A stretch of 64,000 nt of DNA. Origin: Candidatus Thermofontivivens primus. Lineage in GTDB: Bacteria > Sysuimicrobiota > Sysuimicrobiia > Sysuimicrobiales > Thermofontiviventaceae. Of the stretch, positions 38,867 to 48,138 are shown one piece after another; the stretch's first letter is position 1; each line of letters starts with the position of its first letter. The stretch spans positions 32,001 through 96,000 of the forward strand of contig JAVKJW010000003.1 in the NCBI GenBank assembly GCA_031458695.1, read 5' to 3'. The notes under the pieces were generated by a model, which did not search any database, had not been told where the DNA came from, and saw only the letters and a program-made list of their open reading frames with translations. The position numbers and the translations under genes are program-made.

Positions 38867-39676
38867 ATGCGAGGGAAGGAGATCCAGCCACGCCACTTCC
38901 GGTGGGAGGTCGATGACGGTGTTGCAACAATCACTCTCAACAGGCCGGAGCGCAAGAATGCCTTGACCTTCGAGACCTATTCGGAACTTAGGGACACCTT
39001 CCGCATGATGGAACGCGTAGAGGACGTGAAGGTGGTGGTTATCACAGGAGCAGGGGGGAACTTCTGCTCAGGAGGGGACGTGTATGAGATCATCCGCCCA
39101 CTTCTCGATCTGGATATGCCGGGAAAGTTGGAGTTCACACGCATGACAGGTGATCTCGTAATTGCGATGCGCCACTGCCCACAACCGATTATCGCTGCGG
39201 TGGATGGCGTGTGCGTGGGGGCAGGAGCCATGATCGCGTCCGCAGCAGACCTGCGCATCGGCACTCCCCGTTGCCGTGTGGCCTTTCTGTTTAACCGGGT
39301 GGGGCTTGCAGGATGCGACATGGGGGCTTGCGCATTGCTCCCGCGGATTATCGGGTTGGGCCGCGCGACCGAGCTGCTGTATACGGGACGTGAGATAACT
39401 GGTGAGGAAGCTGAGCGGTGGGGCTTCTTCAACCGGTTGTGCGACCCGGAGCGGTTGCTGGAGGAGACCTATACCCTGGCCCGCGAGCTTGCCGAGGGAC
39501 CCACCTTCGCCCAGGCGATGACCAAGCGCATGCTCCATATGGAGTGGGATATGTCCCTGGACGAAGCGATCAGATGCGAAGCACAGGCGCAGGCCATCTG
39601 CATGCAGACACAGGACTTCGCACGCGGCTACCAGGCCTTCGTAGAGAAGCGCAGGCCTTCCTTCCGAGGGGATTGA
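38867..39676 (+). CDS. Enoyl-CoA hydratase family protein (clade seen in 2-aminobenzoyl-/salicylyl-CoA clusters)
   Basis: [49 protein letters not shown]. Confidence 0.85.
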   Translation: MRGKEIQPRHFRWEVDDGVATITLNRPERKNALTFETYSELRDTFRMMERVEDVKVVVITGAGGNFCSGGDVYEIIRPLLDLDMPGKLEFTRMTGDLVIAMRHCPQPIIAAVDGVCVGAGAMIASAADLRIGTPRCRVAFLFNRVGLAGCDMGACALLPRIIGLGRATELLYTGREITGEEAERWGFFNRLCDPERLLEETYTLARELAEGPTFAQAMTKRMLHMEWDMSLDEAIRCEAQAQAICMQTQDFARGYQAFVEKRRPSFRGD

Positions 39677-39686
39677 GGCATTGCCC

Positions 39687-40868
39687 ATGGAAACTTGCCA
39701 CCTCGCTTGGCCTTTCTTCGAGCAATCCCACAGACAGTTGGCTAAAGCGTTAGAGGAGTGGTTACCGCTCGTCGCGGAGGAGATCGAGGGATCGGAGGAA
39801 GATGATCCTAGGGGGGCAGCGTGTCGCTGGATCCATCAACTGGGGAAGGCAGGGTGGCTTCGCTACTGCGTGCCAAAGGAGTGGGGAGGGGTACATGAAA
39901 GCTTGGACGTGCGTAGCCTTTGCCTCGCGCGGGAGACCCTCGCACAGCGGTCAGGCCTTGCGGATTTCGCATTCGCCATGCAAGGGCTTGGAAGCGCACC
40001 CATCAGCTTTTTCGGATCCCGTGAGCTTCGCCAGAGGTACCTGCCGGGGGTAGCTACGGGCCAGCGGGTTGCTGCGTTTGCCCTCTCTGAACCAGAGGCA
40101 GGATCGGATATAGGTGCCATCCGGACAACAGCCCGCCGAAAAGGGGATGTGTACATCCTGAACGGGACAAAAACGTGGATCTCGAATGCAGGCTTAGCGA
40201 ACTTCTATGTGATATTCGCGCGCACAGGCGAGGGAAGACATGACCTGAGCGCCTTCGTGCTAGATGCGGATACACCCGGCCTGCGCGTCTCTGAGCAAAT
40301 CCGAGTCTCCGCACCACACCCTCTGGGGACGCTGGTTCTGGAGGATTGCCGGGTGGCAGAGGACCAACGTCTGGGGCAGGAAGGGCAAGGCTATGAAATC
40401 GCCCTGGCGACCCTGGACATCTTCCGGACGACTGTTGGAGCAGCTGCTCTCGGATTCGCGCACCGGGCGCTGAAAGAAGCGCTACGTCACGTGCAAAGGC
40501 GCGTGGCCTTCGGGAAACCCCTTGCCAGGTTCCAGTTGGTGCGTCAGAAGATCGCTGAGATGGCCCTGGAAGTGGATGCAAGTGCCCTCCTGGTATACCG
40601 CGCCGCCTGGGTGCAGGATGTGCAAGGTTCCCGCGGTACTTGCGAGGCGTCTATGGCGAAATGGTTTGCCACCGAGGCAGCGCAACGGGTGGTGGACCGA
40701 GCTGTGCAGCTACTGGGGGCCCTGGGTGTGGTATGGGGGAACCCCGTGGAGCGGTTATACCGGGAGGTACGGGCGCTTCGGATCTATGAGGGCACCTCCG
40801 AGATCCAGACCCTCATCGTGGCCAAGCATGTCTTGCATGAGGATGCAGATCAGGACCCGCGCCCTTAA
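39687..40868 (+). CDS. Acyl-CoA dehydrogenase family protein
   Basis: DFAFAMQGLG, FALSEPEAGSD, GTKTWISNAG, RIYEGTSEIQ. Confidence 0.9.
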   Translation: METCHLAWPFFEQSHRQLAKALEEWLPLVAEEIEGSEEDDPRGAACRWIHQLGKAGWLRYCVPKEWGGVHESLDVRSLCLARETLAQRSGLADFAFAMQGLGSAPISFFGSRELRQRYLPGVATGQRVAAFALSEPEAGSDIGAIRTTARRKGDVYILNGTKTWISNAGLANFYVIFARTGEGRHDLSAFVLDADTPGLRVSEQIRVSAPHPLGTLVLEDCRVAEDQRLGQEGQGYEIALATLDIFRTTVGAAALGFAHRALKEALRHVQRRVAFGKPLARFQLVRQKIAEMALEVDASALLVYRAAWVQDVQGSRGTCEASMAKWFATEAAQRVVDRAVQLLGALGVVWGNPVERLYREVRALRIYEGTSEIQTLIVAKHVLHEDADQDPRP

Positions 40869-40962
40869 AATAGTCCTTTTGTACTAGGAAATTAGGATGA
40901 GTGGGTGATTGCTCACCCGCAAGGTTTCATGGGAAAATGGAACCGACCAAACGGTCGGGCGG
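40867..40962 (+). promoter_or_regulatory. 96-bp promoter cassette, copy 2 (upstream of leuCD-paaK-leuA-ior-kor)
   Basis: Near-identical to 30633-30728 (8 substitutions, no indels). Confidence 0.8.
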
Positions 40963-41065
40963 GTAGTAGTCGCCGCGCGTACCCTATTTTCATCGCCCCT
41001 CACTTTGAAACAAAGGTTGCCTCCGATCCCTCCAAGCTCCCGCCTGATGCGGCTCGGTGCACTCT

Positions 41066-42337
41066 ATGGGCATGACCCTTGCTGAGAAGATCCTTGCACG
41101 GGCGGCGGAGCGGAGGGAAGTATCCGCGGGAGAGTTCGTGACCGCAAGGGTCGACTTTTGCATGATCCACGACATCTTCGCAGCCACCCTTTTCGACCTC
41201 CTGGAATCCACCGGGATTGACCGTCTCTGGGATCCTGGCCGCGTTGCCGTGGTCATTGACCATTTCTCTCCCGCGCCCTCGGCGGCCGTCGCAGACATCC
41301 ATCGACGCATCCGGGAGGGCATTCGCCGGTTTAGCATCGCCCACTTCTACGATGTGGGAAGCGGAATCTGCCACCAGCTCATGGTGGAGAAAGGACATGT
41401 TCAGCCGGGGATGCTCGTCGTAGCTACAGATTCTCATACCACAACCTACGGGGCCCTTGCCGTCGCGGGGACTGGGATCGGTACTTCGGAGATGGCCTAC
41501 GTCCTGGCGACGGGTACCCTCTGGTTCCAGGTGCCCCAGACCATACGCTGTGAAGTTTCCGGGTCCCTCTCTGATGGAGTTTGCTGGAAGGACGTGGTTC
41601 TCTCTCTCCTTGGGCGTCTGGGTTCGGACTTCGCCCAGTATCGGGCACTTGAGTTCACGGGGCCAGCGATCCCTTCCCTAGATATGTCTGGTCGCCTCAC
41701 GATTGCAAACATGGCGGTGGAGATGGGGGCAAAGTTCTGCTTCTTCCCGGCGGATGAGGTGACCGCGAGATACCTGCGAAGGACCAGATGGGATGGGCCC
41801 ATCGCCCCCGATGTGGATGCGAGTTATGCAGAGGTGGTCGTCCTTGAACTAGAGCGCCTTGAACCCTTAGTGGCTCTCCCTCACCGAGTTGACAATGTGC
41901 GGCCTGTCCGGGAGGTGGAAGGGATTCCCATCGACCAGGCGTTCATTGGTTCTTGCACCAACGGCAGGCTGGAGGACCTGGAGGTGGCGGCTCGTTACCT
42001 CTCTGGCCGTCGTGTGCATCCAGAAACGCGCCTCCTCGTCGCTCCTGCCTCCAGGGCGATCTACGAGGAGTCCTTGCGGAGAGGGATTCTCCAGATCCTC
42101 GCAGAGGCAGGAGCAACGATCCTTTCCCCGGGGTGTGGTCCGTGCTTTGGAGGCCACCTTGGGCTGCTGGGAGAGGGCGAGCGGTGCATTGGGACGCACA
42201 ATCGGAACTTTCAGGGACGTATGGGTAGCCCGCGGGCAGAGATCTACTTAGCTTCTCCGGCGACCGTTGCCTCCAGCGCCCTGTATGGGAGGATCACAGA
42301 CCCACGAAGGGTGGGCGTGGCCTATGCACGCAGTTGA
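41066..42337 (+). CDS. leuC: Isopropylmalate isomerase/homoaconitase-family large subunit (HacA/DmdA type)
   Basis: MTLAEKILA, DH, GICHQ, DSHTTTYGA, IGSCTNGR, GCGPC, NRNFQGRMG. Confidence 0.88.
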   Translation: MGMTLAEKILARAAERREVSAGEFVTARVDFCMIHDIFAATLFDLLESTGIDRLWDPGRVAVVIDHFSPAPSAAVADIHRRIREGIRRFSIAHFYDVGSGICHQLMVEKGHVQPGMLVVATDSHTTTYGALAVAGTGIGTSEMAYVLATGTLWFQVPQTIRCEVSGSLSDGVCWKDVVLSLLGRLGSDFAQYRALEFTGPAIPSLDMSGRLTIANMAVEMGAKFCFFPADEVTARYLRRTRWDGPIAPDVDASYAEVVVLELERLEPLVALPHRVDNVRPVREVEGIPIDQAFIGSCTNGRLEDLEVAARYLSGRRVHPETRLLVAPASRAIYEESLRRGILQILAEAGATILSPGCGPCFGGHLGLLGEGERCIGTHNRNFQGRMGSPRAEIYLASPATVASSALYGRITDPRRVGVAYARS

Positions 42338-42857
42338 AGGTACTCTGCCACGGATCGTCCAGGGCCGTGTATGGAAGTTCGGGGACGACATCAGCACTGA
42401 TCTCCTCGCCCCCGGCGCGTACGCTGTTGCGCCGTTGGAGGAGCGCAAGCGGCACGTCTTGGAGAGTGTGAATCCTCGTTTCCCGGAAGAGGTCAGGCCC
42501 GGGGATATTGTCGTGGCCGGACGCAACTTCGGGTGTGGGAGCAGCAGGGAGACGGCTCCCGAGGGGCTGAAGGCGCTGGGTGTGGGGTGCGTGGTGGCAG
42601 AGTCATTTAGCCGCCTCTTCTTCCGTAACGCGATCGCTATCGGGCTACCGGTCCTCCCGTGCCCAGGGGTCGTAGAGGCTTTTGAGGAGGGGGATCCAGC
42701 GGAGGTGGAGATTGCGGGTGCGCTCGTCCGGAATCTTCGGACGGGGCAGGCCCTGTGGGGAAGGAAGCTCCCTCCAGCGATGCTCGAGGTACTCGCAGCG
42801 GGAGGAATCCTTCCTTTGCTGAAGGCCCGCGGTCAGCAACTTTCTGGAACAACATAG
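42324..42857 (+). CDS. leuD: Isopropylmalate isomerase/homoaconitase-family small subunit
   Basis: FGDDISTD, NFGCGSSRE, SFSRLFFRN. Confidence 0.88.
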   Translation: MHAVEGTLPRIVQGRVWKFGDDISTDLLAPGAYAVAPLEERKRHVLESVNPRFPEEVRPGDIVVAGRNFGCGSSRETAPEGLKALGVGCVVAESFSRLFFRNAIAIGLPVLPCPGVVEAFEEGDPAEVEIAGALVRNLRTGQALWGRKLPPAMLEVLAAGGILPLLKARGQQLSGTT

Positions 42858-42878
42858 GTGTCATGGGGGGTGGTGAGG

Positions 42879-44168
42879 TTGTTGTGGAACCCAGAGTATG
42901 AGGCGATGCCTCGGAAGGAGATGGAGCGCCTCCAGGTCGAGCGTCTGAAGAAGCTGGTAGACCGGGTATACAACACGTCGCCGTTTTATAAGGATTTGTT
43001 TGACCGGAACGGGATCCGTCCAGAGCAGGTGAAGAGCCTGGACGACCTCCGGCGGTTCCCCTTCCTGACTAAGTCCGAACTCCGGTCACTCTATCCCTTC
43101 GGCCTGTTCACCGTACCCGTGGAGAAAACCTTGGAGCTGCACTGTTCCTCAGGGACGACGGGGGCCCCCACCATGGTAGGGTACACCCACGCTGACCTAG
43201 ACCTATGGGGGGAGGTCATGGCACGGGTTCTCGCCTGCGGCGGCGTCCAGAAGGGGGACCTCATCCATAACGCCTATGGCTACGGGCTCTTCACAGGCGG
43301 TCTGGGGTTCCACTATGGGGCCCTGAAACTAGGTGCCACGGTCCTCCCCATTTCGTCCGGGAATACAGCGAGACAGATCAAGCTCATGACCGAGCTCGGG
43401 TGTACAGTCCTCTGCTGCACGCCATCTTATGCCCTTCACCTAGCCGAGGTCATGGAGGAGACCGGCAAAGAGCCTAAAGGACTCCGCTGCGGCATCTTCG
43501 GCGCCGAACCCTGGACCGAGGGGATGCGCAGGCAAATCGAGGAGCGCTTGGGTTTGAGCGCCGTGGACATCTATGGGTTGAGCGAGGTCATCGGGCCAGG
43601 GGTCTCCTGTGAGTGCCAGGAGGCCAAGAACGGCCTTCACATCAACGAGGACCACTTCCTCCCGGAGGTCATTGATCCGGTGACCATGGAGCCGCTCCCG
43701 GATGGGGAGAAGGGCGAGCTCGTTTTCACCACCCTGACCAGGGAGGCGACGCCGGTGATTCGCTACCGCACCGGGGATATCACCGCCCTCTACCACGAGC
43801 CCTGCCGGTGCGGCCGCACGCTCGTGCGCATGGCCCGCGTCAGCGGGAGGGTGGACGACATGCTTATTATCCGCGGGGTGAACATCTTTCCCTCGGATGT
43901 GGAGGCGGTGTTGATGAGGTGCCCTGAGCTGGAACCGCACTACCAGCTCGTCGTCGACCGGGAACGGGCCCTGGACGTCCTGGAGGTCCGGGTGGAGGCC
44001 AAGGACGGGGTTTACCAGCGGGCGGAGATCCCAGCGTTGGAGGAGAGGGTCGCAAGGCGGATCCGGGAGGAGCTTGGGATCTCGGCAAAGGTCACCGTGG
44101 TTCCTCCCAAGCAGATCCCGAGAAGCGAAGGGAAAGCGGTGCGTGTGGTGGATCGCCGCAACCTGTAG
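42879..44168 (+). CDS. paaK: Phenylacetate-CoA ligase
   Basis: HCSSGTTG, YGYGLFTGGLGFHYG, GAEPW, DIYGLSEVIGPGV, RSEGKA. Start uncertain (ORF open from 42858). Confidence 0.92.
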   Translation: MLWNPEYEAMPRKEMERLQVERLKKLVDRVYNTSPFYKDLFDRNGIRPEQVKSLDDLRRFPFLTKSELRSLYPFGLFTVPVEKTLELHCSSGTTGAPTMVGYTHADLDLWGEVMARVLACGGVQKGDLIHNAYGYGLFTGGLGFHYGALKLGATVLPISSGNTARQIKLMTELGCTVLCCTPSYALHLAEVMEETGKEPKGLRCGIFGAEPWTEGMRRQIEERLGLSAVDIYGLSEVIGPGVSCECQEAKNGLHINEDHFLPEVIDPVTMEPLPDGEKGELVFTTLTREATPVIRYRTGDITALYHEPCRCGRTLVRMARVSGRVDDMLIIRGVNIFPSDVEAVLMRCPELEPHYQLVVDRERALDVLEVRVEAKDGVYQRAEIPALEERVARRIREELGISAKVTVVPPKQIPRSEGKAVRVVDRRNL

Positions 44169-44205
44169 GATCTGCTGGATCCGCATGGAGGTGAAGGGGT
44201 CAAGC

Positions 44206-45447
44206 ATGGAGATCGCAGGCGGGAGAGAATGGATCTACGACTGGAACATTGGGCCCGGAACACCCGGAAAGCCCAGGTACCCTGTGGAGCTTGACGACGA
44301 GACCCTCCGAGACGGATTGCAGAGTCCCTCTGTGCTCCACCCCCCTGTAGAGGTGAAGAAGGAGATTCTCCACCTCATGAACGAGCTGGGCATCGACGCG
44401 GCCAACATCGGCTATCCTGGGAGCAGCCCGCGTGCCCTGGAGGACACCGCCGCCCTAGCCAGGGAGATCGCCGACAGCAAGCTGCGCATCTCCCCCAACT
44501 GCGCGGGGAGGACAGCGGAGCCGGATATCGTGGCCATTGCGGAAGCACAGCAGCGATCAGGGGTTGCCATTGAGGCAGCCCTTTTCTTGGGGAGCAGCCC
44601 TATCCGCCAGTACGCCGAAGGGTGGGACCTGGACTTCCTCCTTCGCACAACAGAATCGGCCGTGACCCTTGCCCGCAGGCTGGGCCTTGAAGTGATGTAT
44701 GTCACAGAAGACACGACCCGCGCCAGACCGGATCACCTCAAGGCCCTGTACAAGACAGCCATTGACTGCGGGGCGAAGCGCGTGTGCCTCGCCGACACCG
44801 TCGGGCACGCTACCCCGTGGGGGGTGAAGCGCCTCGTCCGGTTCATCCGCCGCGTTGTGGGAGAGGATGTCAAAATAGATTGGCATGGCCATCGGGACCG
44901 GGGGCTGGACCTCGTCAACTCTATTGCTGCACTGGAAGCTGGGGCCAATAGGGTGCACGGGTGCGCGCTTGGGATTGGGGAGCGCGTGGGGAACACTCCC
45001 ATGGACCTTCTGCTCGTGAACCTGAAGCTCCTGGGGTGGATCGATCGCGACCTCCGCCGTCTCCCTGACTACTGCGCCCTCGTCTCGGAGGCAACAGGGA
45101 TCCCCATCCCCTGCAACTACCCAGTGGTAGGCAAGGATGCCTTCGAGACGAGCACAGGGGTGCATGCGGCGGCGATCCTCAAAGCGTTCCGAAAGGGGGA
45201 TCACTGGCTTGCAAATCGGGTCTACAGCGGGGTTCCTGCCGAAGAGGTCGGCCGGGAGCAAGTAATCACCATCGGGCCAATGAGCGGACAGGCCAACGTG
45301 ATCTTCTGGCTCCAGCGGAGGGGGTACGAGGCCACTCCAGAGCTTGTGGACCGGATCCTGAACGCAGCGAAGGAGTCGAATCGGGTGCTCCGGGATGAGG
45401 AGATCGAGGCGCTCCTGCTCCCGGCGGTCGAACGGAGAGCCGTGTAG
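44206..45447 (+). CDS. DRE-TIM acetyl-CoA condensing enzyme (LeuA/homocitrate/benzylmalate synthase-like) without C-terminal regulatory domain
   Basis: DETLRDGLQ, DTVG, WHGHRDRG, GIGERVGN, GVH; about 413 aa. Confidence 0.85.
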   Translation: MEIAGGREWIYDWNIGPGTPGKPRYPVELDDETLRDGLQSPSVLHPPVEVKKEILHLMNELGIDAANIGYPGSSPRALEDTAALAREIADSKLRISPNCAGRTAEPDIVAIAEAQQRSGVAIEAALFLGSSPIRQYAEGWDLDFLLRTTESAVTLARRLGLEVMYVTEDTTRARPDHLKALYKTAIDCGAKRVCLADTVGHATPWGVKRLVRFIRRVVGEDVKIDWHGHRDRGLDLVNSIAALEAGANRVHGCALGIGERVGNTPMDLLLVNLKLLGWIDRDLRRLPDYCALVSEATGIPIPCNYPVVGKDAFETSTGVHAAAILKAFRKGDHWLANRVYSGVPAEEVGREQVITIGPMSGQANVIFWLQRRGYEATPELVDRILNAAKESNRVLRDEEIEALLLPAVERRAV

Positions 45448-45449
45448 AG

Positions 45450-47279
45450 ATGCGACAGCACGTCTTGACGCAGCGAGAGAGGCTCCTCCTCACAGGCAAC
45501 GAGGCCATCGCCCGGGGAGCGTATGAGGCAGGCGTGAAAGTGGCAACGGGCTATCCAGGGACGCCGAGCACGGAGATCTTGGAGGCCCTGGCCAGGACGG
45601 AGGATGTCTACGTCGAGTGGTCCACGAACGAGAAGGTGGCCATGGATGTCGCCCTCGGTGCAAGCCTAGGGGGTGTCCGGGCTCTCTGCACTATGAAGCA
45701 CGTGGGCCTCAATGTAGCCGCGGATACCTTCATGACCGCTAGTTACACCGGGGTTGGTGGCGGCTTGGTCGTGGTGAGCGCCGACGACCCAGGGATGCAT
45801 AGCTCCCAGAACGAGCAGGACAACAGGTACTACGCCAAATTCGCTGCAGTTCCGTTGCTCGAGCCTAGCGACAGTTCTGAGGCGAAGGAGTTCACTCGCT
45901 TGGCCTTCGAGGTGAGCGAAAGATTTGATGTCCCGGTATTGCTGCGCATAACGACCCGCATCGCCCACACCCGCGGGTTGGTAGAGCTCGGCCCACGTCA
46001 AGAACCGGCTTCCATGGGGTACGTGCGGGACCCTAGAAAGTACGTGATGCTCCCGGCCTATGCACAAAAGAGGCACCCTGTGGTCCTGTCGCGCCTCTCC
46101 CGATTACAGGAATTCGCGGCATCGCCGGAGTTCCTACGTTGGGAACTCAGAGATCGGGCGGTGGGAGTGATCACGAGCGGAGTTTGCTACCACTACGTCC
46201 GGGAGGTCCTCCCTGAGGCAAGCGTCCTGAAGCTGGGGATGACCTACCCGCTGCCCCTGGAGCAGATCCGGGCCTTTGCGCGGGAAGTTGAGCGCCTGTT
46301 CGTGGTGGAAGAGCTTGAGCCTTTCCTGGAGGAGATGCTCAAGGCTGAAGGACTGGCGGTTGAGGGGAAGGCTTTCTTCCCCCGCCAGGGGGAGCTGAGC
46401 CCGGACCTGGTGCGAGAAGGGTTCGTCCGCGTGGGTGTCCTCCTTCCTGCAGAATCAAGGGCGATGAGCGAGGTGCCCACGACTCCCCGCCCGCCTGTGC
46501 TCTGCCCAGGGTGTCCTCACATCGTTCCCTTCCTGGCCCTGCGCCGGCTGGGAGCTGTGGTATGCGGCGATATCGGCTGTTACACCCTCGCTGCCTTAGA
46601 GCCCCTCCAGGCCATGGACACCTGTGTAGCCATGGGGTCGAGCATCGGGATGGCTGTGGGGCTGGCCAAGGCAGGCTCTGCACCAGGGCCTGTCGTCGCG
46701 GCGATTGGCGACTCCACCTTCATCCACGCAGGCATCCCGGCACTTGTTGACGCTGTTTACAAACAAGCAGACATCACTGTTCTTATCCTGAACAACGGTA
46801 CCACCGCTATGACCGGTGGTCAGCCCCACCCCGGAACAGGTCTTACGATCCGCGGGGGACAAACGAAGGCCCTGGATTTGGTCGCTCTCTGCCGGGCAGC
46901 GGGTGTGGAGCACGTGCACGTGGTGGACCCTTATGATATCGCTGCTACGTTTGTGGCCATCGAGGAGGCGATTCACCACCAGGGGGTGGCGGTTGTCATC
47001 ACCAACCGCCCGTGCGTGGAGGCCCCTGTGAAGATCCGGGACAATCCCTTCATAGTGGTCCCGCAGAAGTGCATCGCCTGCCAGCTCTGCATGAACCTTG
47101 GGTGTCCTTCCATCAGCTGGTCCGTAGAGACCTACGAAGGACGCCCCAAGGTAGTTATTGATCCGGCGACGTGCACGGGATGCACGGTGTGTGCACAAAT
47201 CTGCCCCACGGACGCGATCCAGTTGTTCCCATCCCCCCGGGCCGTCCCAGGGGAAAAGGCAGGGCAAAGCCGTGGGTGA
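45450..47279 (+). CDS. iorA: Indolepyruvate (arylpyruvate):ferredoxin oxidoreductase alpha subunit
   Basis: GYPGTPSTE, MKHVGLNVAAD, SSQNEQDNR, LCPGCPH, GDSTF, C-terminal 2[4Fe-4S]. Confidence 0.93.
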   Translation: MRQHVLTQRERLLLTGNEAIARGAYEAGVKVATGYPGTPSTEILEALARTEDVYVEWSTNEKVAMDVALGASLGGVRALCTMKHVGLNVAADTFMTASYTGVGGGLVVVSADDPGMHSSQNEQDNRYYAKFAAVPLLEPSDSSEAKEFTRLAFEVSERFDVPVLLRITTRIAHTRGLVELGPRQEPASMGYVRDPRKYVMLPAYAQKRHPVVLSRLSRLQEFAASPEFLRWELRDRAVGVITSGVCYHYVREVLPEASVLKLGMTYPLPLEQIRAFAREVERLFVVEELEPFLEEMLKAEGLAVEGKAFFPRQGELSPDLVREGFVRVGVLLPAESRAMSEVPTTPRPPVLCPGCPHIVPFLALRRLGAVVCGDIGCYTLAALEPLQAMDTCVAMGSSIGMAVGLAKAGSAPGPVVAAIGDSTFIHAGIPALVDAVYKQADITVLILNNGTTAMTGGQPHPGTGLTIRGGQTKALDLVALCRAAGVEHVHVVDPYDIAATFVAIEEAIHHQGVAVVITNRPCVEAPVKIRDNPFIVVPQKCIACQLCMNLGCPSISWSVETYEGRPKVVIDPATCTGCTVCAQICPTDAIQLFPSPRAVPGEKAGQSRG

Positions 47280-48138
47280 GGTGCGGAACCTCCTCATCGT
47301 TGGGGTTGGAGGACAGGGGGTCGTGCTGGCCAGTGACATCGTGGCTGCGGTCTGCCTGCGCCATGGCTACGACGTGAAGAAGAGCGAGGTACATGGCATG
47401 GCCCAGCGTGGCGGCGTAGTCTATAGCCACCTCAGGTACGGCCCCAAAGTCCACAGCCCGTTGATTGAGCGAGGGCGTGCAGATGCCCTCTTGGCCCTGG
47501 AGTGGTCAGAGGCACTTCGCTGGCTTCCTTACCTGCGCCCCGGAGGAGTCCTTGTGGTGGACATGGTCCGATCTATTCCTCCCATTGCTCTCAGGGACCG
47601 TATGACCTGGAAATCGGCGTATCCACCTATGGATGTGGATCAAGTGCGCGCTCTCCAAGTTGAGGTGTGCGCGTGTAACGCCGGGCAACTCGCCGAGGAG
47701 CTGGGAAACAGGAAGGTGGCCAATACCATCCTCCTGGGCATCCTTTCTAACCTCCTGGAGTTCTCCCAAGAGGAATGGGAGGAGGCCCTCTCTGCAGTCG
47801 TGCCGCCGCACACTGTGGACATTAACCTCCAAGCGTTTAGGCTTGGGCGCAGCGTACATGCTGAGCGCTTCACAGCTGGCGGGATCCCTGTAGACCTCCC
47901 TCCTACCTACGGGGTGCCCCGCCGCTTCCGCGTGGAGATCGTCGAGGCGTGGTGCAAGGGGTGCGGGATCTGCGTGCGCCTATGCCCAGAAGAATGCCTC
48001 CGCCTGGACAGCCGGGAGAGGGCGAAGGTGGGGGATCCAGGGAGGTGTACGGGCTGCCAGATTTGCCAGCTCCTCTGCCCGGACTTCGCCATTGCCGTGC
48101 ACGAGGAGCAGGTGGAGGAGGCCTCTATCCGTGGGTAG
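47272..48138 (+). CDS. iorB: IorB fused to a C-terminal 2[4Fe-4S] ferredoxin (KorD-like)
   Basis: GVGGQGVVLAS, SEVHGMAQRGG, then CKGCGICVRLCP...CTGCQICQLLCPDFAI. Confidence 0.88.
   Translation: MGEVRNLLIVGVGGQGVVLASDIVAAVCLRHGYDVKKSEVHGMAQRGGVVYSHLRYGPKVHSPLIERGRADALLALEWSEALRWLPYLRPGGVLVVDMVRSIPPIALRDRMTWKSAYPPMDVDQVRALQVEVCACNAGQLAEELGNRKVANTILLGILSNLLEFSQEEWEEALSAVVPPHTVDINLQAFRLGRSVHAERFTAGGIPVDLPPTYGVPRRFRVEIVEAWCKGCGICVRLCPEECLRLDSRERAKVGDPGRCTGCQICQLLCPDFAIAVHEEQVEEASIRG

Noticed and set aside
42486..42497. GAAGAGGTCAGG as the missing tRNA-Ala 3' half
   Set aside because: It lies inside leuD and has no GTTCGA T-loop or acceptor strand; a chance match.
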